DNA of 63,294 nt, counting the filler, from Basidiobolus ranarum (lineage: Eukaryota): the NCBI GenBank assembly GCA_040143965.1. It is 29 parts of 29 records of this genome, joined end to end, with 100 filler letters (N's around TTAATTAATTAA, not from the genome) between each part and the next. Parts side by side here need not be neighbours in the genome. Positions count along the whole stretch, not along the records: positions 24,111 to 26,197 come from JASJQH010010672.1; positions 26,298 to 28,383 come from JASJQH010010673.1; positions 28,484 to 30,568 come from JASJQH010010674.1; positions 30,669 to 32,753 come from JASJQH010010675.1; positions 32,854 to 34,938 come from JASJQH010010676.1; positions 35,039 to 37,122 come from JASJQH010010677.1; 23 more parts are not named here. One strand, written 5' to 3'. The notes under the pieces were generated by a model. It was given only the letters and a program-made list of their open reading frames with translations. It had not been told where the DNA came from and searched no databases. Made by a program: the position numbers and the translations under genes. Below are positions 24,195 through 37,222 of the stretch, in pieces. Numbering within the stretch: the stretch's first letter is position 1; the number at the start of each line of letters is the position of its first letter.

Positions 24195-24537
24195 AAATTA
24201 GCATTGCCTAAAAAACCTATATAATCATATATAGCTTAGTACTTAGTTATCTTCTAGTTCACTAAGATATTGTCTATTATTCTCAATCGGAATTTACTTT
24301 GAATATTTTTATCAACTTAGAAGTTCTCAGATATATAGATTTTTCAATCTTGTGCTAGAAGACCCAAACCTTGCACACATGTTCCTAGAACCTTCCTTAC
24401 ATATTCTACACCTTAGTTAGTTTACATCTTGACAAAACTATAAATGTCAACTTTCAACTCAATAAATCAATAAGTGAAAACCACCAATTACTCTAATTCT
24501 CCAAACCACTTCCAACAGGCTCCCAAATACTTTAACA
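24195..24537 (+). mobile_element. Copia LTR family L1
   Basis: AATTAGCATTGCC...CCACTTCCAACAGGCTCCCAAATACTTTAACA; matches 49272-49599 (reverse). Confidence 0.8.
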
Positions 24538-26297
24538 ATAAGTGCTAGTGTGTTTAGTACACAAGTAAAAAATTACAGAATTATAGTGTTGAAAACACTG
24601 TGAAAAAGCATTACTCTCAGAGATGATCACAGCAAGACCCTACTACTAATTTTCAGGACCTCCTCAAAGTCCAAATCTTGATATTGAGAATATATCGATT
24701 CTAAAAACTCCTCCACAAATCCAAATCTCAATAATGAGAATTCTGAAAAACTAAAAATTTTACAGAGTAGTCGAAATATTGATTATATAGCAAAAGTAGA
24801 GTATAAGATCATCAACAATACATATCATTTGTCTGATAGGAGTGTATACAACATAAGCAACTATAAAGCCAAAGCAGGTAATCACCGACACTATACACGT
24901 TATTAAAATAAACAACAAGATTCGACCCAAATGTAACGAAGTGAATTTAACATGGGTAATACCGTACTCGTGAAAACTTGTGATTCTCAAAGCTAGATTA
25001 AGGTGCTATATCAGCACCGAAAACTTCAGTTCGCTGTTACTGGCAACATTAGCCCCACTTTATAGATATTTCGTATTGTTTTGAGAGTAACCAAGATAAA
25101 GTTCAGTTTAGTGGGATGCTCACTTTAAGTTAACTAACAAGAGATTCAAATATTCAATTACAATGGTAGTTCACCATACATGCTCGGTCATATGTGCAGT
25201 CAATTGGAAGCCATTATCAGTGAAAAGGGAACGCTTACGTTGTTATATACTTATAAATTGGAAAAGAGGAGTGAAGTCTTTGCTTATTCTACAGAGCGTA
25301 TACTATAATAGTCACGTAGATACTCTCTAAAATAAGACTATAAATGGAAGTACACACGGGTGCGGGAGTATTTGTGACGGATCAATGAGTAGTTGTCATC
25401 ATCTTGCTTCCATTAAGGTATATTAATAGTGTGCGTAATCAGCACAAGGTGATTGGCATATTTGAGAACGAGATATGTCTCAAGCAAGTCAGAGATTCAT
25501 GTATCTTCAGAAGATTCTCAGTTGAAATCCCTTAACTCACTACAAGATAGGCGAACAAAACCTTCATTGAAGACTTGGGAGTATATTCCTCGGAAGGCCT
25601 GATTGTACCCAGTATATTTTATTTAATGAATCAGGTCACAATGAGAGAATATGTCAGATTAAGTGCACCTCGAAATTTTTCTTATGGATGTGACCAAGTG
25701 ACAATACGAAATTCCCATTCTTGGCATTGTCCTATAGAACAAAGCTCCTCAAAACATGGAAGAGTGAGAAAATCCTAGACATTTCTCTTAATCGATTGAA
25801 TCTTGGGGTTAAATGAACTTTCATATATAGTATAATTATAAAGAAACTGGTTAACAGCGCATTGTCATGTTAATGCTTGTGAATTTTTCAAAGTAACACT
25901 GAATACTCATTCAAAAGTCTGCGGGACCTGTGCTACGTTGAAAAAGTACCACCTCAGAGAGTGCCACATGATTTCATCTTACAAGTGAGCATCGTTTTCA
26001 CACAACTAAATCAGGTAATCACTCGTTTAGGAAATTTCCACCTACGTAAAATCTCGATGTCAAAAATCTGGTCATTTATTGTACATAAATGCGAATTAAA
26101 AATAAGATATCTCGTTGGATCGATTAGAAGAATGAATGGTCGTGGCTGTGTGAAAACTAGGATATCAGGTAAGATAGTGGTAATTTTACATGTTGAGNNN
26201 NNNNNNNNNNNNNNNNNNNNNNNNNNNNNNNNNNNNNNNNNTTAATTAATTAANNNNNNNNNNNNNNNNNNNNNNNNNNNNNNNNNNNNNNNNNNNN

Positions 26298-28383
26298 GTA
26301 ATCAGGGCTATTTCTGATCTGATTTGAACTCCTGGTTTGGGATAAAGGTACTACAACTTCTGGCATTGTATTGGGCCCTTCAGTAGGCAAAGTTCTGGTT
26401 GAAGGGTCCACAGGAATGCTATTTTGTTCATTGTTTTTGTTTGAATCAATTTGAATGACTGGATCAGGAGAAAATTGATTTGTGTCATCATCTGAGGTCA
26501 TTTTTGGTGAAAAATTTTCATTTTGATTAAACAAAACATCCCTGGACTTGGTTAACTTGAAAATTTTGGTATCAAAGAGTCTGTAGGCTTTAGTTTGAGT
26601 ACAATAACCCAGAAATATGCATTTCTTACTTTTTGGATCAAATTTAGACCAATTTTTGGTCATAATTTCAACATAAGCAATGCATCCAAAGATCCTCAAA
26701 TCTTTTACATCAGGTTCAACTTCAAACCAAGCTTTATATGGTGTAGAGTTGGACAGACTTCTAGTAAAACTCCTATTCTTCAGATATACAGCTGTAGCAA
26801 CAGATTCTGCCCAAAAGTTATGAGATAAATTTTGTGCATTTATCATAGATCTTGCCATTTCTATTTTAGTCCTGTTAGCTCTTTCAGCAACTCAATTTTG
26901 TTGATGTGAATAGGGGGCAGTAGTTTCTTGCTCAGTTCTATGAACTTTGCAAAAGTGCTCAAATAGTGTTGAAGTATATTCTCCACCATTATCAGTATGT
27001 ATTTTCTTGATTTTAGTTCCAGTTTCAGTGTCCACACGTTTTTTAAAATCTCTAAAGACAGAGAGAGCTTCTTCTTTTCTTTCCATAAAGTAGACCCAAG
27101 TGTATCTTGTACAATCATCATTAAATGTAATTAAATATCTTTTTCCACCTAGAGATAAATTTTCCATAGGTCCACACAAATCTGAATGAATTAGATCCAA
27201 TTTTTTGACAGATTTGATTAAACCAGAGCTCTTGAACAGTTGCCTGGCTTGTTTTCCATATATACAACCCTCACAAATTTCCATTTTGATTGGGGGTTAA
27301 TTTGAATTCCAGAAATTAGGCAATTTTTGATCATTTGCTCAAATAATCAAATCCAATACGGCCAAATCTCTTATGCCATAATTGAATAGCTTCTTGATTG
27401 GAATAACTTATATTTACACATAAATCTCTTGTATTAAATGTAAGTTTGTATTAGCTTGTATTCTTTTCTCCCAAAGCTAAATAATTCCCATTTTGATAAG
27501 TGATGTTGCATCATGACTTATCAAAATTGAATCTTAGCCCTTCTGAGGTGGCCTTGCATACAGATATTAAATTCTTGGCAATATCTGGAACATGTAATAC
27601 ATCCTTAAAAGTACATACTTTCTGCTCAGAAGCCCCAGTTAAATTGACTTGAATTGTTCCCATTCCAATTACATGCAATGTGTGGTCATCACCCATGAAA
27701 ACCTTTCTAATTGGGATTTCTTCATATTCCACAAACAAATGTTTTTCATTTGTGAAATGTTGGGAAGCTCCAGATGCAATATACATTGTCTGAGAATCCT
27801 TGTTGGCAGTCATAGATAGAGCAGATATGAACAGGTGATCTTCTGTTGTAACCACATTTCCAGATTTAGTATGTTTTTCTTCTTTTGCAATTCTTTTAAA
27901 GTAATCTTTGCTTAAATGGCCAGTTCTCTTACAGTAATCACACAATGTGTTACTTTTCTTCTTAAAGTGCTTTTGACCTTTATAGGAAGGTTTCCCATAG
28001 CCTATTAAAGCATTTTCTTCATTCTTTTGGTTGGATCCTGATTTGTGTAAATCTTCATCCAGAAGTCTGTCAAATACATAATTTAAGGTCAAATTTTCAG
28101 TTCTTGATTCTAGAGCCATTACTAGACTCTGAAACTTGTGTGGCAGGCTATTCAGGACTGTAACTATGATATCTTGATCAGTAGTAGTTACTCTAATGCA
28201 TTCCATTTCATCCACTAAAATAGTGACTCTGTTAATTAGTGATTTAATGTCTTCTCCTGGCTTCATCTTTAAGTTAAAGAATTGTCTTCTTAGAAACATC
28301 TTGTTGGCAGCAGAACTTGTTTGGTAGGTGTCTTCCAAGGCTTTCCATACCTTCTTGGCAGTTTTAGCTCTTGAACATTGAAT
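26298..28383 (-). mobile_element. Copia gag-protease-integrase (paralog of 21923-22900)
   Basis: ORFs 27511-28338 (gag, CDYCKRTGH knuckle), 26892-27284 and 26298-26858 (integrase). Confidence 0.95.
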
Positions 28384-28483
28384 NNNNNNNNNNNNNNNNN
28401 NNNNNNNNNNNNNNNNNNNNNNNNNNNTTAATTAATTAANNNNNNNNNNNNNNNNNNNNNNNNNNNNNNNNNNNNNNNNNNNN

Positions 28484-29355
28484 GTTCAAGTGTTCTTGAT
28501 GCCACTTTGTGTTGAAACTCCACGTTATCTTGTATCAAGAGGGCGTCTTGAAGAGGCCAGAGCTGCTTTGGTCAAATTAAGAAGTGGATACGATGTTGAG
28601 GCTGAATTCGAAGAAATCGTTCAAGCTCGTGAGGCCGCTAAAGATCTTCCAAAGAGTCTTGGTTTTGGGGAAATCATGAAAGATCCCTACTGTAGAAAGA
28701 ACTTCTTCATTTCAATTGGTATGAGTCTCCTCCAACAATGGTCTGGAATCAACGGCGTCATGTACTACTCTACCTCTATCTTTACCAATATCTACGGTGA
28801 TACTGCTAAATATGTTACTGTTGGTCTCTGCTGTCTAAATGTTGTGATGACCATCATTTCCGTTGCTCTGATCGATCGCGCTGGTAGAAAGATTTTATTG
28901 CTTGTCTCCAGTGGCGGTGCAGCTATTTTCTGTGTTCTCATGTGTGTCGGACTCCAAGTACCCAGTAATGGTCTAACTGTCGCAGCCAGTAAGTGTTCAT
29001 TCTATTTCATTGTTCCATATTAATTTCCACTAATCCTCTTCCGTTTAAAGTCATGATGTTTGTTGGATCCTTCGCCATCGGTCTTGGTTCGATTCCTTTC
29101 CTCATTATGAGTGAATTAATGCCTACCAACGCTATTTCTACCACCACCAGTTTCACCCTCACAGTTAATTGGTTATCTAACTTCGTCATCGGCCTCATTT
29201 TCCCCACTCTCTCTGATGTTATGAATGGCTATGTCTTCATCATCTTCGCTTCATGCTGTGCTTTAGGCTTCTTAGGAGTTCTTTTCTTCGTCAGAGAAAC
29301 CAAGGGAAAGAGTATTGAAGAGCTGACTGCGGGAAGTTACAGTAACAAGAACTAA
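28484..29355 (+). CDS. MFS sugar porter, 3' fragment; intron 28989-29050
   Basis: VETPRYL, QQWSGINGVMYY, IDRAGRK, SELMP, VRETKGK; GTAAGT...CTAAT...AAG intron restores the frame. Confidence 0.95.
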
Positions 29356-30668
29356 TGATCCAAATAATTATTACATATTCGTCTAGTAAAATTCTACCAT
29401 GAAATAAACATACACAGTCAATCATTTGGCTATCTATTTTAGTAGTTATCTTGAATTAACATATTGAATTACCATATATACTTAGTAATTGCCCAAATAG
29501 GTTGTTTACTATCAGTCAAATAGGGTATATAGGGTTTCATAATCCGTAAAAGGGAAACTAAAAAGAACATTAGTAAAGTCTGGACATAGTTTGCATTGAA
29601 TAGACTTTGCCAAATAATACGAGTATTGTGAGTTAAGTTAGGGTTAGAGAGCGGTGGGTAATCCGGAAACAACGTAGTACTATGTATTCAACAATGAGTT
29701 GAACCTTTTCGTAATACTCTTGCAGTGATGAGAATATCTATTCTAAAGAACTAATCCTCGCTAGTTTTGCTTACCGATATTTATGTTCTCCATCCACAAT
29801 ACTTGCTCAGCAGTCCTTTCTCATTACTATCGCATTACTAATCCTAACCCACTGAATTTTTGTCTGAGAATCTTTCTACAACTTGACTAATAGTGCAATA
29901 ATTAAGAGATGTAATTAATAGAATCTTGCTTTCGTTCGTGCAAGCTTACATTACCGTAAGCTAATCATTCAAAATTGCATTGATACACTAGCATTCATAT
30001 CAGATTCCCTTTTTTACATGCATTTCTAAATGTCTATATTTCAGCACTCACTTCATGATGTCTGTCACATTGGTCAATAAGAGCTCAAATGACAGTCGTT
30101 GATAATAAGAGATTGACTTCAATACCATTCGAGATGTTACCAGCTTCTGTATTCATTGCAATCGGTGAGTTAGTTTCAAGGTCAGCATATTTTTTGTGTG
30201 ATAATTATATATTGTTTGTTATATTTATAAATACTAGATTCTATAAGACACAAGCTATTGAAAACATGATTGTACTCATTAGATCATCAAAACGCTATTT
30301 TTATTCTAAACCTCAATATCTAAGACTATTATTTAGGCTCTGATTAAGGTGTACTAAATTATGAAGGAAAACAATTCGGTGAGTGCGGAAATATTTTCAT
30401 TTCAAACCTACCCATAAAAAGAGTGAAGCAGTTTTGTTGCTAGTGTGTATTAGCTGGCAAATGTCACTGAATCTGTGTCCACTATTACACTCTACTACTG
30501 ACCTGGGTACAGAGTGGGAGCTAAAGGTATTTCAGAAAGAATTAGAGATGTCTAGAAGAGCAGGATGCNNNNNNNNNNNNNNNNNNNNNNNNNNNNNNNN
30601 NNNNNNNNNNNNTTAATTAATTAANNNNNNNNNNNNNNNNNNNNNNNNNNNNNNNNNNNNNNNNNNNN

Positions 30669-30856
30669 ATCTATATAAGCCCCATATATTCCTTGATCAG
30701 ACTGAGGTCTGATCAATGCCAGTTATCAATAAAGATTCCAGCCAAAGTATCTTCCTTGTCCAGTCTTGTCTTGTCTTGTGGTCTACACCCAAGTACTCCC
30801 CTGCCTTCTAGCCTCTTGTCATTGTTCCCAGTCCTTGTCCAGTTCCTTATTGTGAC
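30669..30856 (+). mobile_element. LTR 3' part (ends TTGTGACA), inserted into CACTA internal sequence
   Basis: Second copy 41240-41489 (reverse); flank 30857-31285 matches 6890-7310 (reverse). Confidence 0.65.
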
Positions 30857-31289
30857 AGAAAGTTGCTTCCACTTTTGTCTAATGCTCCCTTGCCCAGCTT
30901 CTGTCAAGTTTATCAATAACTCCCATATATCCAAGCAAGAATTCATAGTGGATACCTGGGCATCTCTAAAATCATTAGGTGTGTGCTGCTTTGTGCTACT
31001 CACACATTCATTTAACTGTGCATGCCAAATTTTGGAAGTGGTGGTTTCCTGTACCAAAGTAGGTTGTGAATCTGGAAGAATCTGTTTTGACATGATACCT
31101 AACTACCATATATATCTATAATGTTAGACTTTATTGGTTTCAATCAGAATTAGGGATCTTTTTATATTATTTGTTAAAATGTCAAAGTTAATTTCCTATA
31201 GTTTGATCAAGCATAATGCATTCTGCGTTGATCTGTTTTTGATATATATGCAAAATATATTGATTCAGATTGAACTATGATTAACAAGC

Positions 31290-32360
31290 CCAGTCTTATT
31301 AACCTTATTAGTAAATGACCTTATTTTAGCAACCAATTACTTGAAGTCTTTGGATAATAACATCCTGCTTATCTACTGATTCAAAATTCCTGATATTGGT
31401 AAACTGATGCACTATCTTCAGGTCCAGGTTAAGAAAGACAGAACTACCAAAACAATAACTTTAAGCCAGTCTAACTATATCAAAGATATACTGTGGAAGT
31501 TTAAAATAAAAGAATGTAATCCAGTTTCAATCCCAATGGAAAAAATGTTAACTTGACCAAAAATTGGTTTAAACAGACATACTACACCATTAGCTAGACA
31601 GAAATTTGAGAAATTTAGAACCTTTATGGGATTAGTTTGTACAACTATTTAGTTGAGGGAGAGTGTTGTAACTGACTTTGCCAAAACACCAATATAGTCA
31701 TATATAGCTTGAGTTATCTCATATTTCCCTGAAACTTTATCTATTTTCTGTGTTGGATTTTACTTAGAATATTTTTACTAAGTTAGAAGTTATCAGATAT
31801 ATGGATTTTTCAAACTAGTGCTAGAAGCCACAAACTTTGCACACATGTTTATGGGACCTTTCTTTACACATTCTACGTAGTGGTTTGCTTACATCTTGAC
31901 CACATACTAAATGTCTACTCACTGCTCAGTAAATGAATAAGTGAACACTATCAATATTTCTAAATATCCAATTCACTTTTGACAGGTTTGCTGATGCTTT
32001 GACAGAAAGTACAAAGAATGCAAGCTAAGGGCTCATAACCTGCTATATTATCTGGGATCCTATTGTGAGTGGCATGGAGAATTAGAGAAATTGGTTATTT
32101 TCACTTATTGATTAGAAAGCTGACATTTATACTTTTGTTGATATGCAAACAACCTCAAGTGCAGATTGTGTTAAGGAATGTCCTAGGATCAGGTGTGAAA
32201 AGTTTGGGCTTATGTCACAAGCTTGAAAATCTATTTGTTCTGGGAGCTGCTAGCTTGAAAACATATTCCAAGTAAATACAAATTAATAATAATAGGTAAT
32301 ATCACAGTGAAGTACTGAATAGCTAAACTCTTTGGCATTTATGACTATATATGTATTAGT
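31290..32360. mobile_element. Copia mosaic: RT fragment, PPT, L1-like LTRs, PBS at 32029-32040 (-)
   Basis: AGTTGAGGGAGAG-TGTTG PPT/LTR junction; GGTTATGAGCCC next to LTR end. Confidence 0.75.
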
Positions 32361-32504
32361 GTTGTTCCATTTTATTGAGCCACATCAGGCCAGCTAAAAA
32401 GTGTGCCAGCACAAATTGGCACAATGATATTTACCGTTTTGGAAACAGTTTATTTTACTCACGTGGTATATTTAAGAAAAGTACTTCAAAAGATGATTAA
32501 AGCT

Positions 32505-32753
32505 TTATTCATAGTGTCTTAAGTATGGAGCTCTCAATGGATATCTTTGAGTATGAATGTATTGAGAATTAATCAAGATTTTGACTACTTTGCCTAACTT
32601 TGGTTGAGGCCCACAAAATGATTTTCCTCTATACTTTCCTGCTTCAATGCTATATCTCTTTAGGAAACCAAAGCTATGTTCCATTCTTACTCTAAAATGG
32701 GAAAAATTGTCATTATAAAGCTTTTGTCTCTCTGTGAGTATCCCTCCTCTGGG
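32505..32753 (-). mobile_element. PIF/Harbinger/ISL2EU-type (DDE_Tnp_4-like) transposase C-terminus; element end about 32418
   Basis: Manual translation, open to contig end: PRGGILTERQKLYNDNFSHFRVRMEHSFGFLKRYSI...RYPLRAPYLRHYE*. Confidence 0.7.
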
Positions 32754-35038
32754 NNNNNNNNNNNNNNNNNNNNNNNNNNNNNNNNNNNNNNNNNNNNTTA
32801 ATTAATTAANNNNNNNNNNNNNNNNNNNNNNNNNNNNNNNNNNNNNNNNNNNNGCAGAATAAATCAGAGAGTGGCTGAAGGCTAATTTACATTGTGGCAC
32901 TATTTGATTGGTGGCTGGGAGCAAAACTCCAAAATCAGATAACCTACTTAGTGATTATGACTAAAGCACATAGGGCTAGATGAAATAACCACAAGACTTT
33001 GATATAACTTGATGGTCATCATATGGCTCAGAGTCTTGCTATCATGTTTACATTAGCAAAGAATGCTTCCAATGTATATAAATTTGGATTATTCAAGAGT
33101 AGTTATAAAATATGAGACCAAGCCTAAGCCAACAGAGTCAAAGAATCAATCAGGGCCTCACTATAGAAACCTAGGTGCTTAATTATTGCATCTGACTAAG
33201 AATCCAAGGTACAAAATTTGAATATGATATTTGAAGGCTTCCTGGCAATAAAGTGGTAGATTCAATCTTTCACTATGTTTATCAAACTTGATTGTAGGAG
33301 AGGAAATCTAATGGCCTGTAGCCAAGTATAATGTTGTTGCTCAAATGATATATGTGATTTTGGTTTGTTAAGAAATTTCAGCTATTTGATCAATGATTAC
33401 AAAGGAAGATGTCAATAAAAGGCTGAAAACAAAGCATTTAAATTGAGTAAGCAGTCAAAAGGGAAATAAGTGTGTAACAGCACCATTGGTAGCCACTAAC
33501 AAATGCCCAAAATTGTAGTACCTGGATTCAAGTAATTTCCAGCATATACAAATCAGGAAACCACCATTTTGTAACTTAACACCAATTAAAACTATATTCA
33601 GCTGATTGAATAATACCCAAAATCAATCTGAAACACTAAAAAAGAAGCAAAATTAGACAATTAAATTTATTTTTGATAATTGGTATGGCTGAAGAAACTT
33701 TAAACTCACAAAGCTACTTTGGCAAGTTGTACAAGCCAATACTTGATACTGCTTTGATTAAAGGACAGCCTCAACTTCCAAGACTACCTACCATGGAAGC
33801 CTGTTAACTTCATCACTAACTAATTTCAACTCAATGTACATCAAACTAATGTTCATCAAGTTTTTTAGTTTCATTTTTAACACTCAACATGATTTATATA
33901 ACCAAGTTAAGAGAAACAAGAGTTTGGATGAACTACAATTGCAAATTCAATTTAAATTCTTAACTAGATGGTTTATGGCAATTACTGTTAACTAACATTG
34001 CTGAAGCATGGAATTGCAGTCTAACTGATTGCTTTCAAGTACAAGAGTAAGTGGGTTAATAATGATAAGTAGGGAGTGAAAAGCTATTAGTTATCAGTGA
34101 ATATTGCAAACATTCTGGTATATATTTCATATAGTCATGTTTACTTCTTGAAGTAAATTATGGCCTCATTAATAATCTCATGAGTTCTGAAAAATATGAA
34201 ATATCCTTACATCAAATGTGTATTTATATCCTTAACACTATTGTAGGCTACCATGCTGACTGAAACTGCAAACAGCATAGGTAAAATGTTTGACCAACCT
34301 TGCTTTTCTATACAATAGTATACCTGTGCATTTGCAGCACCTGTATTTTTTTAGATGATATTACAGCTTAAACTAACATGAGCTTAGATATTGATTCAGG
34401 CAGGAAAAGCAAATACATGAATATATGAAAGTTGAGTAGTAATATGGTTCATACTTTGATAGAGGCAATAGAGAGGGGGCACCAATAACATTCAGCCACT
34501 TACTATCCATCACTGCTTGCAAAATAATACTAGTTGGAGTTTGGGACCTGGGCAATTTATTTCTTTAAACATAGTTTGTAGACTTTCCATCAACATTGAC
34601 AAGCACTGGTAAGGTAGTACTAACCTCCTCTATAGGGTTGATTGTAGAACTATAGTTTGAAGAAGTACCTATTAGCTTTTTGAGAGAAAATCACTGCAAA
34701 AGTGATAATCAGAAGAAAGCCTGACATTCCTTTTCCTAGCCATGTGGACAATATGTTATGCTAATTAGCTTTAGCTGTCAAATATTCTTCAGTAATGTGA
34801 AGGCCTCTAGTTATATACAGCATGTGAAATATATTGCTGCCTTTAACACACTGCTGCCCATGCTGCAAGCATAGTCACATGAAAAATTCAAAGGCTTTTC
34901 TATGATTAAAACTTTATTAAACTGTTTTACAGCATCCTNNNNNNNNNNNNNNNNNNNNNNNNNNNNNNNNNNNNNNNNNNNNTTAATTAATTAANNNNNN
35001 NNNNNNNNNNNNNNNNNNNNNNNNNNNNNNNNNNNNNN

Positions 35039-37122
35039 GAGTTGTGAATAGCTTTGTGAGATAATTATTTATTGTCCAGAAATAAAGCATTTATACATTT
35101 TGGTAGAAATACAGAAAACTAACACTGGGGTTGTGTTCAGAACATCTGTGGGAGTAAAATGAGCAATTTTTGGGGCAATTTAGATGACTTTGAAATTTCC
35201 AATATGGAATTGCTAACTCTCACATTATTCACATATATAAGTAATATATGTTCTGATTTTCAGTTAAGTGATATTTGACTAAGTAATGTTAACTAACTTG
35301 TATGAGATATATGAAATAGTTAGGTGTATAAAGATAGAGATAATAAATATGATAAAGACAATAAACTTTAACAAGACCTTTATAGGGAGGTTTCCCATAG
35401 CCTATAAAGCATTTTTCTTTATTCTTTTCATTGGATCCCAATTTGTGTAAATCTTAATCTGGAAGTCTGCCAAATACATGATTTAAGGTCAAATTTTAGG
35501 TTCTTGATTCCAAAGACATTACTAGGCTCTGTAACCTGCATGGTAGGCTATTCAGGAATGTAATTCTAATCTCTTGATCAGTAGTTGGTACTCCACTGCA
35601 TTCCATTGCATCCACTAAAATAATGACTTTGTTAATTAGTGATTTAATACCTTCTCCTGGCTTCATCTTAAACTTGAAGAATTGTCTTCTTAGAAACATC
35701 TTGTTGGCAGCAGAACATGCTTAGTAGATATCTTTCAAGGCTTAGCATACCTTCTTGGCAGCTTTAGCTCTTGAACATTGAGTTAGCAATTTGCCTCTAA
35801 CATTAAGACAAATTGTTTTAAAGGCACATTGTTCTTTTTCTACCTTGAGTGAGACTTTTGTTTCAGATAGTTTTGCACTGTTTTCTTCTCCTACAACAGT
35901 GTCCCAAAGTCCTTTTTCTTGCAGCAGCTTTATCATTTTAATTTTCTGAACTTGATAATTGGTTTCATCCAATTTTTCAATAGAGGGAAAACTTCCATAA
36001 ATTTGCAAAGTAGACAATACAGAGAGAGCAAGCACAGGGCTCAAAACCTGTTAAAGAATTTGGGAGTCTATTGGAAGTGGTTTGAAGAATTAGAGAAATT
36101 GGTGGTTTTTGCTTACTTATTTATCAAGTATTCAGATGATATTTCTAGTTTTGTCAAGATGTACACAAACTAACATGTAAATGTGTTAAGGAAGGTCCCA
36201 GGAGAATGTGTGCAAAGGTTGGGGCTTCTAGCACAAGTTATCAAAATCTACATATCTGAGAACTGTTATAGTATTTGTGAGCCTGCTGGAAGTGGTTAAG
36301 AGAATTAGAGGAATTGGTGGTTTTCACCAATTGATTTATTGAGGAGAAAGTTAACATTTATAGTTTTGTCACAATGTAAACAATCTAACATGTAGAATGT
36401 GTTAAGGAAGGTCCCAGGAACATGTGTGCAAAGTTTGGGGCTTCTAGCACCAGTTTGAAATATCTGTATATCTGAGAACTTCTCAGTTGGTAAAAATATT
36501 CTAAGTAAGTTCTGATCGAGAATAATTGATAATATCTTTGTGAATTACAAGATAACTAAGTACTAAGTTATATATAACTATATAGGTGCTTAGGCAATGC
36601 TAATTTCAACACTCTCTCTCAACTAAATAGTCATATAAACTAATCCTAATAAAGGTCTAAATTTCGCAAATTTCTGTCTAGCTAATGGTTTGGTTAATAT
36701 ATCAGCAATCATGTCTTCTGTAGAACAATAAGTTAAGTCAATAAACTTATTCACTATAGTCTCTCTGATGAAGTGATGCTTAATATCTATATGTTTGCTT
36801 CTATTATGAAATGTGAGATTTTTAGCTAATTTGATACAACTTTGATTATCTTGAAATATTTTAGTTAGTGAATTTTGAGAATAACCCTAATGTGTTAAGA
36901 AACATCTGATTTGAGCCACTTTTGGTCTAGTTAAGATTTGTCTCCATTGGGGTAGATACTGGATTATATTCTTCCATTATAAACTTCTTTAGTATATCTA
37001 TGATATACTTAGACTGGTTTAAAGTTATTGTTTTGGTAGTTCTATCTATCTTAATTTTGTGTAGGCAGCTCTATCTATCTTAATTTGAATTCCAAGATAG
37101 TACATCAGTTCACCAAGATCAG
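35039..37122 (-). mobile_element. Nested Copia cluster: L2 LTR, gag (35374-36044), PBS 36037-36048, tandem L1 LTRs 36049-36611, RNaseH/RT
   Basis: IEKLDETNYQVQKIKM...EKGLWD gag; GGTTTTGAGCCC; SKHIDIKHHFIRE. Confidence 0.9.
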
Positions 37123-37222
37123 NNNNNNNNNNNNNNNNNNNNNNNNNNNNNNNNNNNNNNNNNNNNTTAATTAATTAANNNNNNNNNNNNNNNNNNNNNN
37201 NNNNNNNNNNNNNNNNNNNNNN

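Noticed and set aside
24760-26197. Short ORFs in CpG-intact intergenic DNA (also 18798-19323, 29469-30343, 62917-63171)
   Set aside because: No recognisable motifs, often non-ATG starts, lengths expected by chance
32420-32426. CACAATG terminus suggesting a Transib/RAG-like element
   Set aside because: The adjacent ORF has a DDE_Tnp_4-type motif, not Transib; no nonamer-like element seen
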